Made by a program: the position numbers and the translations under genes. Below the pieces are notes generated by a model. The model saw only the letters and a program-made list of their open reading frames with translations. It had not been told where the DNA came from and made no database searches. 60,000 bases of DNA from Lytechinus pictus (taxonomy: Eukaryota). The stretch spans positions 38,070,001-38,130,000 of the forward strand of contig NC_087251.1 in NCBI RefSeq assembly GCF_037042905.1, read 5' to 3'. Positions within the stretch are counted from its first letter, which is position 1; every line of letters starts with the position of its first letter. This document shows, piece after piece, positions 52,787 to 60,000 of the stretch.

Positions 52787-53520
52787 CTGAAATGACAAAG
52801 GTGAAAATGACAAATTATGTGGACAATAACAGGGGAGTGTTTCACGAAGCATACAATCAGTGATTTTAACTGACAAAGTCGCTCTGAGCCATTCAGATGA
52901 AAGGATTTTGGTAGCTTATAACAAGTCAGTGATAAATTGTTTGACGAAATGATCCCCAGATATACTTCCATATCTAGATAGTTAATACCCTTCAGTAAGT
53001 GCATCAATTCTTACTTTTGCAGTTCTTACAATTTATCTCATTAACCTTTATGTGAAAGAGCATAACAGTCAATCAATGAGGCAGAGAGCAGTTGACAAAA
53101 AAATAAATCTTGACTGACATCTCTCACATATGAATTGATATCTAACCAACATGAAAAATATCAGAAAAAAAAACATCATTTCCAAAGACAGATTAAATAT
53201 TGTATCAAGATATTTGTCTTAAACAAATTGGTAGTTGTAACACATTACAAACTAAGCAAGAATACTATTCCCATCACCCAAACACTAGATACCGTATGTG
53301 TGATTCCATAAAGTATGTGTGTCCAACCTGTTATATGAGGGTTGTTCCTGAAAAGATTTTCTTTTGTTTCTTAGTTCGTATGAAGTTTTGCATACTCTCA
53401 AATGATCATGACTTGGGCAGCTCATGAAGCGAGGTAAGATTGTAGTAAAATGAGGGTTGGACATACAAAAATGTTGATATTTCTGTGAAATTACCGTTAT
53501 GGTGTATTTGACCTACTTAC

Positions 53521-53618
53521 CCCCTTGCTACCCCGACACACACAATAGGAAATTCAGCATCTGGTTTGATGAGCATTTCAAAGACCTTGATCTCTGGAGG
53601 CAGTGGACATTCAAACAC
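53521..53618 (-). CDS. MAP4K3: MAP4K3/5-like coding exon (VFECPLPPEIKVFEMLIKPDAEFPIVCVGVARG)
   Basis: atttag acceptor, gtaagt donor, 98 nt, phase 0 to 2; FEML...P.VCVGV motif. Confidence 0.93.
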
Positions 53619-53867
53619 CTAAATAAAAACATTCAATAATAAAACGATACAATAATCTTATACAGCACTTATTCAGTTATGTACAAAGAACTTCACAACA
53701 TTACTACTCAACATTGTTTAAATCATTTGTAATACTTTTTGACAAGTATTATTTATCAATGAAATGATTAAACAAATATATTTTTTAAAATCAGCCAACA
53801 GCAAGGCTGCATTGAGTCATTATGGTTACACATTTTTTTCTTTGATACCTGTAAGGATGTACATGTA

Positions 53868-54112
53868 GTCATAAATGTCAATAAATGTCATAAATGTCAA
53901 TAAATGTCATAAATGTCAATAAACGTCATAAATGTCAATAAATGTCATAAATGTCAATAAACGTCATAAATGTCAATAAATGTCATAAATGTCAATAAAT
54001 GTCAATAAATGTCAATAACTGTCAATAATGTCATAAATGTCAATAAATGTCATAAATGTCAATAAAAGTCATAAATGTCAATAAATGTAAATAAATTAAC
54101 ATAAATGTCAAT
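53868..54112. repeat. Minisatellite of alternating GTCATAAAT / GTCAATAAAT units
   Basis: Directly visible 9+10-bp composite repeat. Confidence 0.92.
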
Positions 54113-54245
54113 ATCAAGTATTTATCAAACTTTTCAGAACCTTGGGCAGTGTCATTATTGATATTTGACTATTTCAACACTTCTCTGAATTACATAGTAT
54201 GCAAGAGGCTTAATTGAACTTGATCATATAAAGGACAGCACCCAC

Positions 54246-54349
54246 CTTGACTTGTAAGAATTTGTTCATAGGTTCATACCACTGGAGTAATACCACACCT
54301 GTAGGTAGAGCTCCACATAAGTACTTATGACTATTGTATGGATTCCTCA
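54246..54349 (-). CDS. MAP4K3: MAP4K3/5-like coding exon ([35 protein letters not shown])
   Basis: atacag acceptor, gtgggt donor, 104 nt, phase 1 to 0; strongly conserved CNH motif. Confidence 0.94.
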
Positions 54350-54998
54350 CTGTATAAAGGAAACAGATATACATGAATAGAGAGACAGACAGAGACAGAT
54401 AAAGAGACAGACAGAGAGAGAGAGAGAGAGAGAGAAGAGGAAGGATGATACGAAGGAAGAACATAAACATTAAACAAGTAACTAAGTATCACTTTCACTG
54501 GTTTTTACTGGTCACCATGTATCACTTTCATTTCAAACAAAATGATTATCATATGCCGGTTTTATAAATCGATTCGCAACCTTAAAAAAAATGTATCACC
54601 TGCCAATTATGTTGAGATAGGTACATATGATCCTTCTGTAATACCACATGTGTGGACCTGTCCATGAGGGTGGTGGGGTCAAAGGTCTTATCTTGAATAC
54701 AACTTTTAATAGAGATATGTTCTATTCATAATATGAAAATGAACTGAAGACTGATTAAAACTAACTGCTAACATCATAAAATAAAGTCTTGACATTGACC
54801 AAATATATTTTTGCTCACAGTCAACGTGACAGTTAGGATATTATCATTTCTTTTCAAAAGAAAAGGAAAATGGGGCCTAACTTCACCACACAATGTAGTA
54901 CATTTGTTTTAGCATGAATTTATTAGTATGAACTAAGAATAATCTTATCGAATCTCCCCAAACCCGACTTTTTACAATTATGGAGCCTCTGGACTTAC

Positions 54999-55181
54999 CA
55001 ACACAACACTTTGTACAGCCTTTTGTGTCAGGTACTTTGTGACTTAGTGCAAACTTCCTAGGTACTAGTTTGTCTGGTATTCTCTGTAGCTTCTCACCGA
55101 ACCTGCTTGGCATGTGAAACCTATGGGGGTTCTTGTCCACCAGCGCAACCAGGTTGTGTTGGTAGATACTGGGGTTCTTGC
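54999..55181 (-). CDS. MAP4K3: MAP4K3/5-like coding exon (GKNPSIYQHNL...KVPDTKGCTKCCV)
   Basis: ctgcag acceptor, gtaagt donor, 183 nt, phase 1 to 1; inside ORF 54883..55227. Confidence 0.93.
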
Positions 55182-55261
55182 CTGCAGCAGAAAAGTATGA
55201 TCGAGTAGGGTAAGAGATAAGGGCCACATTTCACGGAGCATGCTGTCACTGGCAAGTTAGA

Positions 55262-55597
55262 AGTTGTGGAAGTGTTGTGGTGTAGGGATTCGGACTCTCG
55301 CATCGTATTCAGAGAGTTGGATGTTCAAATTCCACTGTGGCCTGGTGTCCTTTGGCAAGACATCATTCCACACTTTGTCACTCTCCACCCAGGTGTTAAA
55401 TGGGTACAATGCCAAATCCTGCAAAGTATGCCTGGCAAATGAGTTTTGAAATTCTTGTTGGAATGCTCCAAAGGGAGTGGAGAATGTGCAGGCTAACCAG
55501 GATCCAATGACCAGGGTAGTGATATATTTGTAATCTGCTTAGAGAGGTCATTCTGCTGTATTAAGCACAATATAAAAATTGAATATTACTATTATTA
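55262..55597 (+). mobile_element. tRNA-derived SINE
   Basis: A-box/B-box-like head (tggtgtagg / gttcaaattcc), gtgtcctttggcaagaca..ctctccacccaggtg..aaatgggtac core, (TAT)n tail. Confidence 0.75.
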
Positions 55598-55795
55598 GTA
55601 GGATCATTATTAATATCTTTATTGCCCTCTAGATGTTAAAAATAATACTCGATAACATAAATTCAAAATAGGAACCGAAATCCACATACATAAAGGTCAA
55701 CGATCACAAAAATGCATGCCTCCACTAACAATCTGGACAACATGGCATCTGATTAACAAATTCTGATTGTTTCACCTCATATTTTTACAACTCAC

Positions 55796-55856
55796 CTGAT
55801 AATGACATCATGATATTATTTATGATATATAACCATGTTGTTTTCCGAGGAAACAT
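55796..55856 (-). CDS. MAP4K3: MAP4K3/5-like coding exon (MFPRKTTWLYIINNIMMSLSG)
   Basis: atgcag acceptor, gtgagt donor, 61 nt, phase 0 to 1; resembles LFPRRCTWLYVMNN of vertebrate MAP4K3; too short for the ORF track. Confidence 0.92.
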
Positions 55857-55954
55857 CTGCATGAAAGCAAAAATGCAAAAATATTAACAATGTAATTATT
55901 ACACTGGCTACTGTATCATCTTGACACACATTACTATTCATTCATCACTTCTAA

Positions 55955-56635
55955 GGCCCCCATTCCACAGAGGGGAGACCTTTGAAGGACCTTTCAAAGA
56001 CCAAAATTTAGCAAGGCCTTACAGCAGTCTCCAAGATCACTCAAATTTGTCATCTCTGTGGAATGGCTCAGAAAGACCCCTCAAAGAACTCCAAAAAAGT
56101 GATTGGTACTTCTTGTCCTGGGGCCCGTTGCAGAAAGAGTTGCGTTTGAACGCAAGTAAAAAAATCAATCGCAAGTCAAAAATGCGCGCTGTTGATTGGT
56201 TGAAAATGAAGTTGCGCATGATTTTTAGAGATGCGTTTGATTGCAACTCTTTCTGCAACGGGCCCCTGGTCTTACAATGATCTTTCAATGATCTCTCATG
56301 AGTCTTTCAGTGATCTCCGCAAAATCTTGAGAGACTGCCGAAAGATCATGGAAAGAGTAATAAGAACTTTGAAAGTTCATTGAAAGACCACTGAAAGACT
56401 GCTGAAAGACCATCAAAAGACAATTTTCCCGTAAGACTGCTGAAAGACTGTTTTCAACCGTTTCAAAAAGTTTTGGAGATCATTGAGACCATGAAGATCA
56501 CTGAAAGATCCATCAGGAATCGTGAAAGACGTCAGAGATCTTTGGAAGTTCATTGAAAGACCTTTGAAAGATCAAGCAAGTTTCATGGTCTTACAGCAGT
56601 CTTTCAGAGGTCTTGCTCTCTGTGGAATGAGTGTT
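55955..56635. mobile_element. Harbinger-like MITE with TGAAAGAC subrepeats
   Basis: TIR core CATTCCACAGAG / CTCTGTGGAATG, TAA flanks. Confidence 0.7.
56121..56265. mobile_element. 145-bp MITE nested in the 55955-56635 element
   Basis: Perfect TIR GGGCCCGTTGCAGAAAGAGTTGC, 3-bp TSD CTG. Confidence 0.82.
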
Positions 56636-56886
56636 TAAAATGAAAATATGGGTATATATTCTTACATGTAACCATCAATTTTCATTAGATACATTCAATA
56701 ATTGATAAATCAGTAAGGTTTTTGAATTATTTCCATATTTTGCTTTTACAAATCCACTGCTCTGCCTCACATTTCAACCCCTTTCAATATCTTCCACATA
56801 ATTTGTCATCCTCCTCTTTTATCTTCTACTCCATACTTTACACACAATTTCCTTTCTAACTTTCTTATTCCTTACTCTATCATTAA

Positions 56887-58349
56887 AGCCCCAGTCACAT
56901 ATAGACCCCGGACCACCCCGGACCATCCCGGATCTGATCCGGGGTGGTCCGGGGAGAGATCCGTGTTGGCGCCTTGGGCATCCTTGGAGGTCCGGGGTGG
57001 TCCGTGTTGGTCCTTGAACGTCCGGGGGGCCAACACGGCAGTTTTTGACTGTCAAAAACATCCGGCGTCATCCGTGGACTGCCGGGTTGGCAAAGCCATC
57101 CGGGATGGTCCGTGTAGCTGCCGTGTAGGTCCGTGTGGCTGCCGTGTAGGTCCGTGTAGCTGCCGTGTAAGTCCGTGTGGCTGTCTGGAGTATCCTTGGC
57201 AGTCCGTGTTCTTTTTTCCCATCAAATCTTTACAACGCTATTTACTTTATGAACTTTTCAGTAGTTGTTAAACAGTTGACACAAACATGCTCAATTTATT
57301 TATTATTAAATGGATGATTGAATGATTCAGGATATTTTCTTACGCTTTGGATATTGGCCCCAACCTAATATTTGTAAACTTAGTGCATGTATGAATATTT
57401 ATTTTTCTCTCTTTTTTTTCTAATATTTACCCCAACTTTGTCTGTTATTATTATTTCACATTTTATTTTTAAAAAATATGTTATATGTATATAATTTATG
57501 TAATGTACCTGTTACATCGAAATTGTACATTAAGTTTATACTACTGCCCTGCATCGACAGTTATGCGTCATGACCTGGGCCTATCTTAATTTTTATTATG
57601 TTTTCTATTGACTTTGTAAATTTCTTTCCTTTATTGTGATTTCAATAAAGTGATATCCAATCAAATCGAAATTAAATTTGTCGTTCAAGATTTAAAGTAC
57701 TTAACAACTACTTTTAAAACAGTAAACTGTGTTGTATAAAAAAGCAGCGTTTTTACTGGTTAAGGAAGTTTTGAGTTTTGATATATTTTTTAAAAACAAC
57801 ATAATATAATGTTGCGACAAGGATGAGAAAAAAATAAATAAATAGATAAATAAATAAATAAAAAATTTAATAAATATCAGCTCATTATTATGAACAGATT
57901 TTCATTTGCCGTGCTGGTCAATATAGCTGCCGTGTTGGTCCTTGAGCTGACGTGTTGGTCCGTGTAGCTGACGTGTTGGTCCGTGTAGTTGACGTGATGG
58001 TCCGTGTTGCTGACGCGTTGGTCCGTGTTGGTCCTTGTAGCTGACGTGCTGGTCCGTGTTGCTGACGTGTTGGTCCGTGTAGCTGACGTGATGGTCCGTG
58101 TTGCTGACGTGTTGGTCCGTGTTGCTGACGTGTTGGTCCGTGTAGCTGACGTGTAGGTCCGTGTTGCTGACGTGTCGGTCCGTGTTGACGACGTGCTCTG
58201 CCGGCATGGTCCGTGTAGATCCGTGTGAAGCTGCCGTGTTGATGCCGTGTTTACAGTCATCCGGGGCAAAGCTATCCCGGACCTCCCCGGATCATGCCGG
58301 CATTGCCGTGTTGATCCGGGATGATCCGTGTCTATATGTGACTGGGGCT
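56887..58349. mobile_element. Non-autonomous PIF/Harbinger-like transposon with subterminal 21-bp tandem arrays
   Basis: Perfect 20-bp TIR AGCCCCAGTCACATATAGAC, TAA TSD on both sides, AT-rich non-coding core. Confidence 0.85.
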
Positions 58350-58575
58350 TAAGCATGGTTTGTTGAAAGCATATTATTTAAATGGCAATTAACTAGAATA
58401 CTACTAGATGTATCAGAAATCCTACCATTTGTTAAGCTGAGAGAAAATTTGTTATTGACAATATGTCAATAACAGGGGGCAAAATGGTGTTTCGGAGAGC
58501 TGTTTTTGTAAGGTTGCAACTATATGCATGAATGATTTATGTTTTTTAGTGCTCAGTCAGCTACATTGTGATATA

Positions 58576-59394
58576 CAGTGCGTCCCACAAAAAACGAAAC
58601 CGAGATTTATCGATGATTTATCATAACTTAATCGCAAATACAATAGACAAATGACCTACCATTTTAAAGCTTAGAATCTCTTCTTTCATCTGATATTACT
58701 TAGATTATTTCTCATTCACGCATGAGTGAGCAAAAACAATTTGAAAAGGGGATACCAAAAAGTCACTTGGCAGGCCGTATCTGGGTTTTAAAAAGAAAAC
58801 CACATTTTTAAAAAGTTCAATATCTGCTCTTTAATTTGATACCTCAATTACAGAAAATGGTCAAGAAATAACAAAGTTCTCGTTATTTGAAATAAGGCTT
58901 GAATTTCAATAATTTCATAACATGAAGAGGTTTTACAGGCTAGCGTTCAAACTCACTCGACACTCCGTTTTGTTGACGATCAGCCATGCATTAATTCTTT
59001 TGTTACCGTGCGATAGCTTCAGTGGGAAACCGGTGAAGCCACGTTTATTTAATGAAATTATGGAAATACAAGCATTGTTTCGAGGGATCATAACTTTTTT
59101 ACTACTTGACCATTTTCTGTGATTTAGGTATCAAAGAAAAGAGAAGATATCGAACTTTTTAATCATGTGATTTTCTTTTTGAAATTCAGATACCCCCCGC
59201 CAAATGAGTCTTTGGCATCCTTTCTTCGAATTGTTTTTGCTCAATCATGCGTGAATGAGGAATAATCTAAGTAATACCAGATGAAAGAGGAGACTCCAAG
59301 CTTTACATTGGTAGGTCATTTGTCTATTTTATTTATGATTAAGTTATGATAAATCATCGCTAAATCTCGGTTTCGTTTTTTCTGGGACGCACTG
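58576..59394. mobile_element. Tc1/mariner-like MITE with ~300-bp TIRs
   Basis: TA|CAGTGCGTCCCA...TGGGACGCACTG|TA. Confidence 0.85.
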
Positions 59395-59530
59395 TATAAT
59401 GAGCACAAGAAAGGGTTACCAGTTGTTAAAAAATTCAGGTGTAACTCACATGCAGTTTTGTGAAACAGGGACCTAGTATCTCTTAACTCTTTTTTTAAAG
59501 AAAATAAGAATGAATGAAACAAGATCTCAC

Positions 59531-59610
59531 CTGGTCCATAGCACCTTCATGAATTTGTGTGAGGTTAAACATATAGATGCCCTCATCACAACCAAATATT
59601 ATGTACTGAT
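59531..59610 (-). CDS. MAP4K3: MAP4K3/5-like coding exon (DQYIIFGCDEGIYMFNLTQIHEGAMDQ)
   Basis: ttccag acceptor, gtgaga donor, 80 nt, phase 1 to 0; start of the CNH region. Confidence 0.92.
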
Positions 59611-60000
59611 CTGGAACACAATAAAAAGAAATAAAGCATGAATGAAATGACTGAATATTGTGGACATTTGTCACTGTCATATTCATCTTCATTACCAATT
59701 TTTTTTGAACGATTTTTGTTTTAAAATAAGAAATACAACCATTCTGCTCTATTCTTTTTCTCAGCTTTTTTTTCAAGCAATGTGCTTATGATGACAATCC
59801 TTCTCCTGCACATTGTGAATGTTGAGATTTGCCAGCAGACCATTTTACTTCAGAATATTTTTTGTTTCAAATAAATAAAATAATCACCATATCATGTTTG
59901 TTATATTTTTGCTAAAGCTAGGGTAATTATGGTGCATTTATTAATGAGTGTTAAGTGCTATGTACACAAGTACAATTATGATTATCACTATTACTATTTG

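Larger units (their letters stand above)
45296..59610 (-). other. MAP4K3: MAP4K3/MAP4K5-like (GCK-I, happyhour-like) kinase gene, 3' portion: 8 coding exons encoding the CNH domain
   Basis: Eight GT-AG exons join in frame (980 nt) into DQYIIFGCDEGIY...[14 protein letters not shown]...[27 protein letters not shown]...NIYLLTGHANMM*. This is collinear with the remembered C-terminus of vertebrate MAP4K3/5. Paralog assignment (3 vs 5) cannot be resolved. Confidence 0.93.

Noticed and set aside
52408..53007. 199-aa ORF as a single coding unit
   Set aside because: Only 52641-52786 is bounded by splice sites and resembles MAP4K; the rest is intron and a small MITE
55262..55340. tRNA gene
   Set aside because: Degenerate A/B boxes with no cloverleaf, followed by a SINE body and tail
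57908..58240. CRISPR-like regular repeat array
   Set aside because: Units are contiguous with no unique spacers, there are no cas genes, and the context is a eukaryotic intron
57877..58356. 159-aa ORF with (TRTNTSA)n repeats and overlapping ORFs
   Set aside because: Translation of the 21-bp subterminal minisatellite of a transposon; open in several frames, with no splice context

Overview
AT-rich eukaryotic genomic DNA. The repeat content suggests a marine invertebrate, most likely a sea urchin; this is an inference. Two intron-containing genes lie head-to-tail on the minus strand. (1) The last 8 coding exons (45296-59610) of a GCK-I family MAP4K3/MAP4K5-like kinase, encoding the C-terminal CNH domain; the kinase domain lies beyond the window. 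(2) A complete but unrecognised gene of 12 phase-compatible coding exons (7739-32350) encoding a ~717-aa Pro/Ser/Gly-rich protein with an acidic coiled-coil tail. It has a probable non-coding first exon and promoter near 36.6-36.8 kb and several candidate frame-preserving micro-exons. The introns hold a young 5'-truncated CR1-group LINE with an uninterrupted RT ORF, tRNA-derived SINEs, minisatellites and many non-autonomous DNA transposons (Kolobok-, Harbinger-, hAT-, Tc1/mariner-, piggyBac- and Helentron-like). No prokaryotic-type system, CRISPR array or RNA gene is supported. The best novelty candidate is the orphan gene and its micro-exon cluster. All exon models were read by eye from splice signals and frame continuity and need RNA-seq confirmation.
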